Shown here piece after piece: positions 37,879-46,724 of a stretch of DNA of 64,000 nt (position 1 is the first letter of the stretch; the number at the start of each line of letters is the position of its first letter). Position numbers and translations under genes: made by a program. Below the pieces are notes generated by a model that was given only the letters and a program-made list of their open reading frames with translations, was not told the DNA's origin and did no database searches. Origin of the DNA: an uncultured Lachnospiraceae bacterium (GTDB lineage Bacteria; Bacillota; Clostridia; Lachnospirales; Lachnospiraceae); NCBI GenBank assembly GCA_934438085.1, contig CAKSBC010000001.1, forward strand, positions 161,997 through 225,996. Direction: 5' to 3'.

Positions 37879-38742
37879 TTACACCTCATTCATGTTTGCC
37901 AGATCGCATACGCACTCACCGAAGTAGTTGAACAGCATAACTGCTACAAGTATTGATGCTGCAGGAGCAAATACTGTCCATGGTGCAAGCTGGAGATATG
38001 CTCTTCCCTCTGAAACCATTGAACCCCACTCTGCTGCAGGCGGTGCAACACCGAGTCCGAGGAATGAAAGTCCGGCAATACTAAGCATTGTAGTACCGAT
38101 CTCAAGTGTAGCATTTACAAGCATTGAACCGATAAGGTTCGGGAACACATGCTTTAAAAGTATATGAATGTCTCCGCATCCTGTCATTCTGACAGAGTCG
38201 ATGTACGGAAGCTGTTTGATACGCATGGTATGGCTTCGTGCAAGTCTGGCATATGATGTCCAGCTTGTGATTCCGATAGCTATAAGAGCATTTACAAGTG
38301 ATCCTCCGAGGATACCGGCAATAGCAATAGCAAGTACCAGCTGCGGAAGTGAAAGCAGGATATCTGTAATACGCATAAGTACGTTATCAACGATACCGCC
38401 GTAGTATCCGCAAATAATTCCTATTGTCGAACCGATTATAAACGATATTATTACCAGGAGAAGAGTTGCAAAAACTGAAGTTCTTGCTCCTACCAATACT
38501 CTTGAGAATACATCTCGTCCAAGGTAATCGGTACCGAAAATATGTGCTGCCGAAGGCGCTGACTTCATGTTAAGCGGATCTGTTGCATAAGGATCACACG
38601 GTGTGAAATACGGAGCAACAATACTGAGCAACATAAGCAGTCCGACTATAAAAGCCAATATTATCGTTTTTCTCTGAAGCTTATATTTTTTAAGCTGTTT
38701 TTTAGTAAGCTTTGATTTGTCAATTTTATTTTTTGCTGCCAT
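37879..38742 (-). CDS. ABC transporter permease (OppC/DppC-like)
   Basis: BPD_transp_1 core with an EAA-like loop (SYARLARSHTMRIKQLPYIDSVRMTG). The ATG is preceded by GGAGGTG. Confidence 0.9.
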   Translation of the reverse strand: MAAKNKIDKSKLTKKQLKKYKLQRKTIILAFIVGLLMLLSIVAPYFTPCDPYATDPLNMKSAPSAAHIFGTDYLGRDVFSRVLVGARTSVFATLLLVIISFIIGSTIGIICGYYGGIVDNVLMRITDILLSLPQLVLAIAIAGILGGSLVNALIAIGITSWTSYARLARSHTMRIKQLPYIDSVRMTGCGDIHILLKHVFPNLIGSMLVNATLEIGTTMLSIAGLSFLGLGVAPPAAEWGSMVSEGRAYLQLAPWTVFAPAASILVAVMLFNYFGECVCDLANMNEV

Positions 38743-38754
38743 CACTGCACCTCC

Positions 38755-39684
38755 TTACTCAAGCTCGATTCGCTTATCGATTATGCAGTAGCTAAGGTCT
38801 GTAACAAGGTTAACTAAAACCTGCAGCGTAGCAAGTATGAGAACCGCTCCCTGTACGACCGGATAGTCTCTCTTTGAGATAGAATCCATAATAAGCGATC
38901 CGATTCCAGGCCAACGGAAGATAGTCTCTATAACGATACTTCCTCCGATAAGAACTCTTATCTGAAGTGAGATAATTGTGATGATAGCACCAAGTGCATT
39001 GTGAAGTACATTTCTGTACAGAATAACTCTTTCTTTAACGCCTCTTGCATGCATACCGATAACATATTCTTCATCAAGCTGGCTGAGAACGTCTGCTCTC
39101 GTCTGTCTTGTGAACTTTGATGCCATAGGTATTGCCAAGGCCATAGTCGGCAGGAACAAGCCCTGTACTGAGCCCTTTGCGATAACCGGGAACATTCTTA
39201 CCTTTATGCAGAAGAAATACATAAGAAGCAGTGAAATAAGGAAGTTCGGCATCGCATTACCGGTAAATGTAACTAATCTTGCGATATTATCAATGATGGT
39301 ATCCTTTTTAATAGCTGTAAGGATACCTAAAGGTATAGCAACAACAACTGATACAACTGTGCTGGCTGTTGCAAGTACAAGAGTGTACTTAAGAGCTTTT
39401 AAAAGCTTTGGAAGGATCGGCATACCGTCACTGTATGTTGTTCCGAAATCACCACGAAGTATGTTAAGGACCCATTTCACATATCTTTCAAAGAATGGAT
39501 CATTAAGTCCCATCTTTTCTCTTTCAATTGCAAGAAGCTCATCTGTAACTGCCGTTCCTTGAGAGGTAAGCTTCATCAGTGCAGGGTCACCCGGTGTCAG
39601 ATAAAGAAGACCAAATACACCGAACGTCAATACCAGCAGGACCGGTATAAGATTTATCAGTCTTCTGATAGTAAATTTTAACAC
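38755..39684 (-). CDS. ABC transporter permease (OppB/DppB-like)
   Basis: MLKFTIRRLINLIPVLLVLTFGVFGLLYLTPGDP is the characteristic OppB/DppB N-terminus. Confidence 0.9.
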   Translation of the reverse strand: MLKFTIRRLINLIPVLLVLTFGVFGLLYLTPGDPALMKLTSQGTAVTDELLAIEREKMGLNDPFFERYVKWVLNILRGDFGTTYSDGMPILPKLLKALKYTLVLATASTVVSVVVAIPLGILTAIKKDTIIDNIARLVTFTGNAMPNFLISLLLMYFFCIKVRMFPVIAKGSVQGLFLPTMALAIPMASKFTRQTRADVLSQLDEEYVIGMHARGVKERVILYRNVLHNALGAIITIISLQIRVLIGGSIVIETIFRWPGIGSLIMDSISKRDYPVVQGAVLILATLQVLVNLVTDLSYCIIDKRIELE

Positions 39685-39776
39685 GTTTTCACACTCCGAT
39701 CTGTCTTAAGTGTACCGGCAGCAGATATAGGCTGTCTGCTGCCGTATTTTTAAATAACTGCTTTTTTATAAAACTA

Positions 39777-41345
39777 TCAATCAATGTTTGTATTAGCGTC
39801 AATTCCGTAGAACTGAAGAGGGTTTGTCTCTCCGAGTCCTGTAGCGCCTGCTCTGAGAACAGATGACTTATTGTACTGACCTATCATGAGGTAGTCATTT
39901 GATGCATAGAAGTTTGTCATGATCTGATCCGCAATCTCCTTCTGCTTTGTTTCGTCTGTCTCAAATCTAAGCTCTTCGATAAGTGCGTCAGTCTCTTCAT
40001 TACCAAATCCGCAAATATCCAGGTACCTTCCTTTTTCAATCATGTTAAGGAAGGTGAATGGCTCGCCGGCCTTATCTGTAATTGATACGTAGAAGCCGAT
40101 CTGGAAATCCTTTGTGCTCATGTATGTTCCGTCAGGATCCTCTTCAAGACCGATCTGAGCATCAATACCGATTGCCTTTAACTGCTCCTGCATGAGGATA
40201 GCTATTGTATCGATAGAACGCTTTGCATAGCAGCTTAAAACTATTGTAAGAGGCTTTCCGTCCTTCTCGTAGATGCCGTTTGCATTAAGCTTATATCCGT
40301 CTGCCTCTAAAAGCTCCTTTGCCTTAGCAACATCTGTCTTTGGTGCCTGAACTCCGCCATAGTATGTATCAGGTGAGAATGCGCCTTCTGTAGATGAAAG
40401 GAGTCCGTTCATGTATGCAGCAAGTGTATCCTTATCAAGTGCAAGCACGATAGCTGCTCTTACATTATCAGAAAGCTTATTGGCATTAAGCATAGCGTAA
40501 GCTCTTCTCTGTGTCGGAACTGTTGTAACATTGTAAAGATCAGGATCTGCCTCATAAATTTCTCTTGAAGCAGCTGAGATATCTACATATCCGTCGATCT
40601 CGCCGTTCTGCATAGCAAGTAGCTTAGATTCCTCGTCTCCCATGTAGTAGAATGTAGCTCCGTCAAGCTGAACGTCTCCGTCCCAATAGTTTTCATTGTA
40701 CTTAACTGAGATGTCTCCCTCAGGAATAAACTTATCAACTACGAAAGGTCCTGTACAGATAGGGTTATTATCAAAGTCCTCTGTTGCATCAAGATCCACG
40801 ATTCCGAACTCTGCTGTTGCAAGGTCGTTTGCAAGTGTAGGATAAATATTAGCTGTTGTTATAACTAATGTCTTGTCATCCTTAGCCTCGATCTGCCAGT
40901 CCTTTACGAAAGCAAATCTTGAGTTAACCTCTGCGATACGCTCAAGGTTTCTCTTTACCATATCTGCAGTAAGTGCATTGCCGTTTGAGAAGCAAACACC
41001 ATCCTTAAGTGTGATAGTAGAAACATTTTCCTCTGTCTCGATGCTATCTGCAAGCCATGGCTGAATCTGCATTTCATCGTCTATACGGAACAATGTCTCT
41101 GAAATTCCGTAGAACTGTGTGTGCCATGAATAGTACTCTTTATGAACATCGAGTGATGCATATGGGAATGTCTCAACACTCTTGAAGATCTTAGATCCGT
41201 CATGAACCGGTGTTCCTGCCTCTGTAGTGCCGCTCTCTGTGCCCCCCTGTGGCTTGGTCTCTCCGGTAGTGCCCGATCCTCCGCCGCATGCTGCAAGCGT
41301 AGCCGTCATAGATGCTGCAAGTAATACTGCAAGTAGTTTTTTCAT
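39777..41345 (-). CDS. ABC transporter substrate-binding lipoprotein, family 5 (peptide/nickel)
   Basis: Lipobox LAACGG and the length and sequence of an SBP_bac_5 protein. It is the first gene of a five-gene operon. Confidence 0.88.
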   Translation of the reverse strand: MKKLLAVLLAASMTATLAACGGGSGTTGETKPQGGTESGTTEAGTPVHDGSKIFKSVETFPYASLDVHKEYYSWHTQFYGISETLFRIDDEMQIQPWLADSIETEENVSTITLKDGVCFSNGNALTADMVKRNLERIAEVNSRFAFVKDWQIEAKDDKTLVITTANIYPTLANDLATAEFGIVDLDATEDFDNNPICTGPFVVDKFIPEGDISVKYNENYWDGDVQLDGATFYYMGDEESKLLAMQNGEIDGYVDISAASREIYEADPDLYNVTTVPTQRRAYAMLNANKLSDNVRAAIVLALDKDTLAAYMNGLLSSTEGAFSPDTYYGGVQAPKTDVAKAKELLEADGYKLNANGIYEKDGKPLTIVLSCYAKRSIDTIAILMQEQLKAIGIDAQIGLEEDPDGTYMSTKDFQIGFYVSITDKAGEPFTFLNMIEKGRYLDICGFGNEETDALIEELRFETDETKQKEIADQIMTNFYASNDYLMIGQYNKSSVLRAGATGLGETNPLQFYGIDANTNID

Positions 41346-41878
41346 AACCTCTCTCCTATTCTTCTTTGTGGATAGCTTTTCCGTTTAAATACATTTTTCT
41401 ATGCATTCTCCGCTTTAAACTCGCAGACCGGAAAAAAGTGTATATTAATACAACCGAAGCAGCTCTTCCTTTCCGAAATATGCACTCCCGAAATATTAAT
41501 GTCATTAGGTTGTTAAAAATGAGCCTTGCTAAAAGTAACTGAAACTCTTACTGAAGTCTTTAAATGTTTCGTTTGTCTACGAATACTCATAGATAAAACT
41601 TCTGCTCTGTGTTGTTAAGTATGCCGCAGGGCATGTATTACATATTGTGACGTGTTGCGTTAAGATCAAGTACCGTTCATTTGTGATGCTGAACAGTGAA
41701 ATGTAACATTGTTTCTTAATGTTCCGAACAACTAATTTGTTCTGTTGTGCATATTTTATATCTCATAAATCACTCTGTCAACGAAATATGGACACTTTGA
41801 ACAGTTTTTATAAATATTCGTTCATTTTTACCAATATTAAAATGTCATGACTGTATATTTACTTTAGGACAACATCGT

Positions 41879-41960
41879 TGTTAGCTATGCACAACTTTTA
41901 TGTTAGTTTTTGCTACATATTGTTAGCCTTGAGTTACATTTGTTAGTCATATGTTACTCA
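41879..41960. repeat. Phased TGTTAG / GYTACA repeat array (about 3.5 tandem ~20-bp units)
   Basis: TGTTAG at 41879, 41901, 41921 and 41941, and TGTTAC at 41952. Each is followed 5-6 nt later by GCTACA/GTTACA/GTTACT. GTTA cores recur at roughly 10-11 or 20-22 nt spacing. Confidence 0.8.
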
Positions 41961-41980
41961 GCCTGCTTATAGACAGACAA

Positions 41981-42026
41981 TGAGGCAGCCGGGCCACCGA
42001 CATTTTTGTGGGAATCCGGCTGCCTC
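41981..42026. terminator. Strong 11-bp GC-rich hairpin after the ATPase / acidic-ORF unit
   Basis: GAGGCAGCCGG-N22-CCGGCTGCCTC. The T-run (TTTTGTTT) is on the plus-strand side, while the minus-strand side is only ATTGTCTG, so the orientation is ambiguous. Confidence 0.5.
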
Positions 42027-42061
42027 TTTTGTTTAGACAGATCTGTTAATTTTATATTTTT

Positions 42062-42157
42062 TTATTCCTCGTCCTCATCCTCGTCCTCGTCGCCGTCTCC
42101 GAAAAGATCGTCGAGATCCTCAAGTCCGTCTAAAATTCCGTGTTTTCCCTCATGCAT
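42062..42157 (-). CDS. 31-aa poly-acidic small protein
   Basis: Not in the ORF track. ATG at 42157 with a perfect AGGAGG 9 nt upstream. It translates to MHEGKHGILDGLEDLDDLFGDGDEDEDEDEE and lies 117 nt downstream of the P-type ATPase stop. Confidence 0.5.
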   Translation of the reverse strand: MHEGKHGILDGLEDLDDLFGDGDEDEDEDEE

Positions 42158-42274
42158 AACAATTTACCTCCTGTTATTTTTTTTAATGCTTTATCCGTTA
42201 TAAACGGTTGCTTATTAATTGAATTGTATACCAAACTCTGAACGTTTTGTATATAGATATTTATTTATAATTTA

Positions 42275-44203
42275 TCAGCCCTTATATTTCCAGGTCAGCA
42301 TTCTTGATGAATTAAGTACTACGAATATCGATGAGCAGTTATGTACAAGCGCTGCAGCTATAGGATTTAAGAATCCAAGGCCTGAAAGGAATACGCCTAT
42401 TACATTTACGCAAACCGCAAATACTATAATATTCTGCTTTATCATGAAGTATGCTCTCTTACAGAGTGCAAATGCCGACGGAAGCATTGTTATATTATCT
42501 GACATAAGCGTGAGCTTTGATGACTCTATGGCAACGTCTGTGCCTGCTCCGCCCATTGCAATTCCAAGATCCGCAAGTACAAGTGCCGGTGCGTCATTTA
42601 CTCCGTCTCCTACCATTGCTACCTTATAGCCCTTTGCCTGAAGCTCCTTTATTGCATCAAGCTTTTGTTCCGGAAGAAGATTTGCCTTAAATTCACTGAT
42701 TCCCGCTTCATCGCATATAGCCTTTGCCGTATATTCATTATCTCCTGTAAGCATTATAACATGCTCTATGCCAAGTTTCTTGAAGCGTTCCATAGTTTCT
42801 TTGATTCCGTCACGTATCTCATCAGCTACAGATATTCCTCCGAGAATATTGCCGTTTTTCACAACAAGCATCGTTGTACGGCCCTTACTCTCGTTTCTCT
42901 TGATAAACTCATTGATTTCTGATGGGATATCACCCTTTATATCAGCAAGGCACTTCTTATTTGATACCTCATAGACATTGGCTCCGTCTAAAGTTCTTAC
43001 GCCTCGGCCGAAGAGCATTTCATATTCGGCATTCGGTATTGCCGAAACATCTATGAAGCCGCCACCGTTAATGTGCTTCATTATAGATTTTGCTATAGGA
43101 TGGCTGGAATTTTTCTCAACCATAGCTATTGCTTTGTAGTAATCCTGTTCAGTGATGCCGGGCACCATATATGTCTCGATTACCGCAGGTGTACCCTTTG
43201 TAATAGTTCCTGTCTTATCAAAGCAGATCGCGTTGATCTTCGCTGCTGATTCGATAGCATCGCCGCCCTTAACAAGGATTCCCTTCTTAGCTGCATTTCC
43301 GACTGCTGCAATAACAACTGTAGGTGTAGCAAGCATCAGAGCACACGGGCAGGCTATAACAAGCACTGACATAACTCTTATAGGGTTCTTTGTAAGGATT
43401 CCGACAATTACGCAGACCGTAAGTACCAAAGGAAGGAATATCTCAGAGAACTTATCTGCTATCTTCTGAGCATTACCCTTTTGATCCTGGGCACTTTTAA
43501 CTGTGTTAATGATCTTACCTAAAACCGTATCTCCGCCCAACTTTTCGGTCTTAACTTCAATAACACCGCTTTCATTAAGTGTTCCTACAAATACCTCATC
43601 TCCGGCCTTTTTATCTACCGGCATTGATTCTCCGGTTATTGAGGCTTCATTGATCGCTGCGTTGCCCTTTGTGATAACGCCGTCAACTGCAATCTTCTCT
43701 CCGGTCTGAACCTGGATAATGTCTCCCTTTCTGACCTTTTTTATAGATACCTCTACAAACTGTCCGTCTACAAGCTTACGGCATTTGTGCGGTACAAGCT
43801 TCACAAGCTCAGCTACTGCATTCTGTGTCTTCATCATGGTGATATCTTCAAGTACTTCACCAATTATCATCATGAATGAAACTAAAGCTCCTGATAAGAA
43901 TTCCTTACAGAAGATACAGCCGATAAGTGAAAGTACAACGAGCATTCCTGCCGTGACCTTCTTTTTAGCTATAGTTGCCTCTACTGCATCCTTTGTACAT
44001 CTGTAGCCGCCGAAGACAAGCGGTATGATGAGAAAGGTTCCAACTTCCTGTCCTTCATAGTTTACAAGCCTCGGCATGAATGAGGGTTTAATAATGTAGT
44101 CGATAATGATACCTGCTATGATGAGTATTACCAGAACTAACGGATACCATATAACGCTAAGCTCCAATCCGAAAATCTTTTTTGATGATTTTTTCTCTGC
44201 CAT
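42275..44203 (-). CDS. Heavy-metal-translocating P1B-type ATPase without an N-terminal metal-binding domain
   Basis: TGES, CPC in TM6 (ACPCALMLATP), DKTGTIT, GDGVNDAP. The N-terminus goes directly into TM helices with no CxxC HMA domain. Confidence 0.92.
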   Translation of the reverse strand: MAEKKSSKKIFGLELSVIWYPLVLVILIIAGIIIDYIIKPSFMPRLVNYEGQEVGTFLIIPLVFGGYRCTKDAVEATIAKKKVTAGMLVVLSLIGCIFCKEFLSGALVSFMMIIGEVLEDITMMKTQNAVAELVKLVPHKCRKLVDGQFVEVSIKKVRKGDIIQVQTGEKIAVDGVITKGNAAINEASITGESMPVDKKAGDEVFVGTLNESGVIEVKTEKLGGDTVLGKIINTVKSAQDQKGNAQKIADKFSEIFLPLVLTVCVIVGILTKNPIRVMSVLVIACPCALMLATPTVVIAAVGNAAKKGILVKGGDAIESAAKINAICFDKTGTITKGTPAVIETYMVPGITEQDYYKAIAMVEKNSSHPIAKSIMKHINGGGFIDVSAIPNAEYEMLFGRGVRTLDGANVYEVSNKKCLADIKGDIPSEINEFIKRNESKGRTTMLVVKNGNILGGISVADEIRDGIKETMERFKKLGIEHVIMLTGDNEYTAKAICDEAGISEFKANLLPEQKLDAIKELQAKGYKVAMVGDGVNDAPALVLADLGIAMGGAGTDVAIESSKLTLMSDNITMLPSAFALCKRAYFMIKQNIIVFAVCVNVIGVFLSGLGFLNPIAAALVHNCSSIFVVLNSSRMLTWKYKG

Positions 44204-44319
44204 AACACTTTTCCTTTCTGACTTTGTTCACCATAGCGGTGTTTCTTATGTTTTTATTATAAGACACTGTCAGAATTGCACAATTATCGAAGCGAAGGCT
44301 GAAATCCATAACAAAACGG

Positions 44320-44440
44320 CATGGGTGATAAAATCCTCTCAAAAAATACCACAGGTGATAATATCCCCACAAAAAAATGACATAGATGGTAAAAAGCCAT
44401 CAAAATAAATGACATAGGTGTAAAATCGCATGAAAAAGAC
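44320..44440. repeat. Four degenerate tandem ~30-nt repeats upstream of the ATPase promoter
   Basis: The units are CATGGGTGATAAAATCCTCTCAAAAAATAC / CACAGGTGATAATATCCCCACAAAAAAATGA / CATAGATGGTAAAAAGCCATCAAAATAAATGA / CATAGGTGTAAAATCGCATGAAAAAGAC. Each combines a short palindromic core with an A-tract. Confidence 0.8.
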
Positions 44441-44463
44441 ACAGCCAATTAAATGACTGTGCC
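44432..44463 (-). terminator. Terminator after the dehydratase-OCD operon
   Basis: Minus strand reads GGCACAGTC-N8-GGCTGTGTC (with G-U pairs) followed by TTTTTCATG. Confidence 0.5.
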
Positions 44464-44490
44464 TCGTTTAATAAATTCAGAATTCAAGCC

Positions 44491-45486
44491 TTATGCATTA
44501 AAATCAAAGTATGAGCCTATACCGGCTTTGAGTGCATTTTCATAAATAGCCTTTGCCATGGCAAGATCCTGTACACCCATTCCGACAGTATCGTAAACAG
44601 TGATTTCCTCATCATTCTCGCGGCCCTTCTTTGTGCCCATGATGATTTCTCCGATTTCTGCATAAATGTCGTCCTTTGTAATGACTCCGTCTTTAATTGC
44701 ATTGTAAGTATCTCCGCAGCTTGATGCCGCCTCAATGCTGTCATTTACGATCTTTGTGCCATCAAAGCAGTTGGTGTAAAGCTCCTGCTTGCCGACAGTA
44801 TCTGTGCCTATCTCGGTTATGTGAGTGCCCGGCTTAAGCCATTCCTTATTGATAGCAGCTCCCTTTCTGGCAAGCGTAACGCAAACAATAATGTCTGCCT
44901 TTCTTGCACCTTCCTCAGGAGTCTCACAGCCGTGGAAAATAAGCTCAGGGAATTCCTTGGACATCTCAGCTATAAATGCATCATTCTCACCATCAAGCCA
45001 TCCGAAGCAGTAAACCTCCTTCAGCTTTCTTACACGCATTGTAGCTCTTAAAGCAGCTTTACCGATACGTCCGGTACCGAATGCAAAATAAACCTCTGCA
45101 TCCTTTCTTGCAAGATAATTATTGGCTATAGCGGCACCTGCTGCTGTACGAAGGTTTCTTATATAGTTAGCCTCCATGACACATGATAAAAGTCCGGTTT
45201 CTGCATCATACAGATATACCATGTTAAGATTGGTCGGAAGTCCTTTTGCGGCATTGCCGTCAAATCCGCCGCCTGACGACTTCATGGAGAATAAGCCCGC
45301 ACTTTCATCAAGACAGGTCTTAAAATCATAGCCTGTATGTGTTCCCGGCTTTATAAGGTTTTGTATAGGCGGCTGTACTACATTTCCGCTGTTAAACGAA
45401 ACATATCCCTGCTTTACAGACTCATATATTTCATCAAGATCTATAAGTTTTCCAACATCTGAGTTATTTAAAAGTAATGTCTGCAT
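44491..45486 (-). CDS. Ornithine cyclodeaminase/mu-crystallin family protein (copy 1)
   Basis: OCD_Mu_crystall pattern with a Rossmann motif (FGTGRIGKA). The start at MQTLLL is preceded by AAGAGGAAA. Confidence 0.88.
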   Translation of the reverse strand: MQTLLLNNSDVGKLIDLDEIYESVKQGYVSFNSGNVVQPPIQNLIKPGTHTGYDFKTCLDESAGLFSMKSSGGGFDGNAAKGLPTNLNMVYLYDAETGLLSCVMEANYIRNLRTAAGAAIANNYLARKDAEVYFAFGTGRIGKAALRATMRVRKLKEVYCFGWLDGENDAFIAEMSKEFPELIFHGCETPEEGARKADIIVCVTLARKGAAINKEWLKPGTHITEIGTDTVGKQELYTNCFDGTKIVNDSIEAASSCGDTYNAIKDGVITKDDIYAEIGEIIMGTKKGRENDEEITVYDTVGMGVQDLAMAKAIYENALKAGIGSYFDFNA

Positions 45487-45503
45487 TTTTATTTCCTCTT
45501 TTA

Positions 45504-46505
45504 TCAATCTTCAGGTTCAACCTCTTCATCCTTATAGAATTTTCCTATAAGGTCAATGTCATAGTTGCCGGATGTAAGCACACAGGCAACATTTTCATCA
45601 GCCTCTGTCTTGATTTTTCCCTCAAGAAGTGCCGCAACAACTACTGCCGAGGTTGGCTCTGCAACAAGATGTGCATACTTTCCTATAATCTTCACAGCCT
45701 CTGCAATATGATTTTCTGAAACTATAACGATCTCATCTACATATTTATCAATGATCGGATAAGGATTTTCTGTAGGATATGAGCATCCTATTCCGTCAGC
45801 AAGTGAAGGCTGCGATGTCATTCTCGTAGGACGTCCGTTAAGTCTGCTGAGATAATAACCGCAGGAAGCTGCGACCTGAACGCCTATTACTCTTACCTTA
45901 GGATTGCTTTCCTTTATTGCAGTTGCAATTCCTGACATCAGTCCGCCGCCTCCGATAGGCACTATAACCGTATTGATCTCAGGCATATCCTCAAGTATCT
46001 CAAGTCCTATCGTTCCCTGACCTGCCATAACAGAATAATCATCAAAGCCGTGAACAAGTGTATATCCATGCTCCTTTATCTCATCGGCAACCTTTTTAAC
46101 TCTGGACTGATAGTCTCTGTCCCACAATATGCAGGTTCCGCCACGTCTCTCACAGTTTTCGATTTTACCCTTTGGTGTATCTCTCGGCATAACTGCATAG
46201 GCATTAATACCGAACATCTTTCCTACATATGCACAGGCTGCCGCATGATTGCCGGAAGAGCTGAAAATGATTCCTTTTTTTCTCTCCTCTTCGCTCAGCA
46301 TAAGGACCTTATTAAAAGCGCCTCTCGCTTTAAATGCACCTGTCACCTGCAGCATTTCAGGCTTAAGATAAACCTTGCAGCCAAGCAGCTCGTCCATATC
46401 TGCTTCTCTTAAAAGCGGTGTTCTGGTTACATATGGTTTGATCCTTGCTGCTGCATCCTTTATGTCCTGTAAAGTGAGCGGATTTTTTTTAACGTTCTCT
46501 GACAT
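45504..46505 (-). CDS. PLP-dependent threonine/serine dehydratase family protein (fold type II)
   Basis: PLP-lysine motif VTGAFKARGAFNK, SSGNHA and a GGGGL glycine loop. Confidence 0.88.
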   Translation of the reverse strand: MSENVKKNPLTLQDIKDAAARIKPYVTRTPLLREADMDELLGCKVYLKPEMLQVTGAFKARGAFNKVLMLSEEERKKGIIFSSSGNHAAACAYVGKMFGINAYAVMPRDTPKGKIENCERRGGTCILWDRDYQSRVKKVADEIKEHGYTLVHGFDDYSVMAGQGTIGLEILEDMPEINTVIVPIGGGGLMSGIATAIKESNPKVRVIGVQVAASCGYYLSRLNGRPTRMTSQPSLADGIGCSYPTENPYPIIDKYVDEIVIVSENHIAEAVKIIGKYAHLVAEPTSAVVVAALLEGKIKTEADENVACVLTSGNYDIDLIGKFYKDEEVEPED

Positions 46506-46623
46506 AACAAAGCTCCCCCATAATTAAAATGTTAATGTTACATTATTCAGACCTTAACGCCTTGTCTTTAACTGTCATTAGTATAATTCACTTATAAATC
46601 AGGTGCTACAGACAAAGATTTAT

Positions 46624-46656
46624 GGTTAAGATATAACAGATCGTTATATCTTAACC
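46624..46656. repeat. Perfect 14-bp inverted repeat in the dehydratase 5' region
   Basis: GGTTAAGATATAAC-AGATC-GTTATATCTTAACC. No T-run follows on either strand. Confidence 0.85.
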
Positions 46657-46665
46657 GTCTGATGT

Positions 46666-46702
46666 AAAAATGCCTCTGACTGCAAGCAATCCGAGGCATT
46701 TT
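46666..46702 (-). terminator. Terminator after OCD copy 2
   Basis: Minus strand reads AAAATGCCTC-N16-GAGGCATTTTT. Confidence 0.75.
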
Positions 46703-46724
46703 CATATCATCCGCTTTTATTCTA

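Noticed and set aside
42006-42203. A 65-aa plus-strand ORF with a poly-Ser tract.
   Set aside because: It is the antisense reading of the GAC/GAG-rich acidic mini-ORF. It starts inside a hairpin, at TTG, and has no RBS.
39110-43709. Plus-strand ORFs inside the permease, binding-protein and P-type ATPase genes (39110..39562, 40873..41064, 42219..42629, 42665..42922, 43152..43469, 43503..43709, and 43719..44006 just beyond this span).
   Set aside because: They are antisense shadows of well-supported minus-strand genes. None has an RBS or recognisable domain.
44320-44440. The possibility that the ~30-nt tandem repeats are a small CRISPR array.
   Set aside because: The units abut each other with no unique spacers, they are degenerate rather than near-identical, and no cas genes are nearby.
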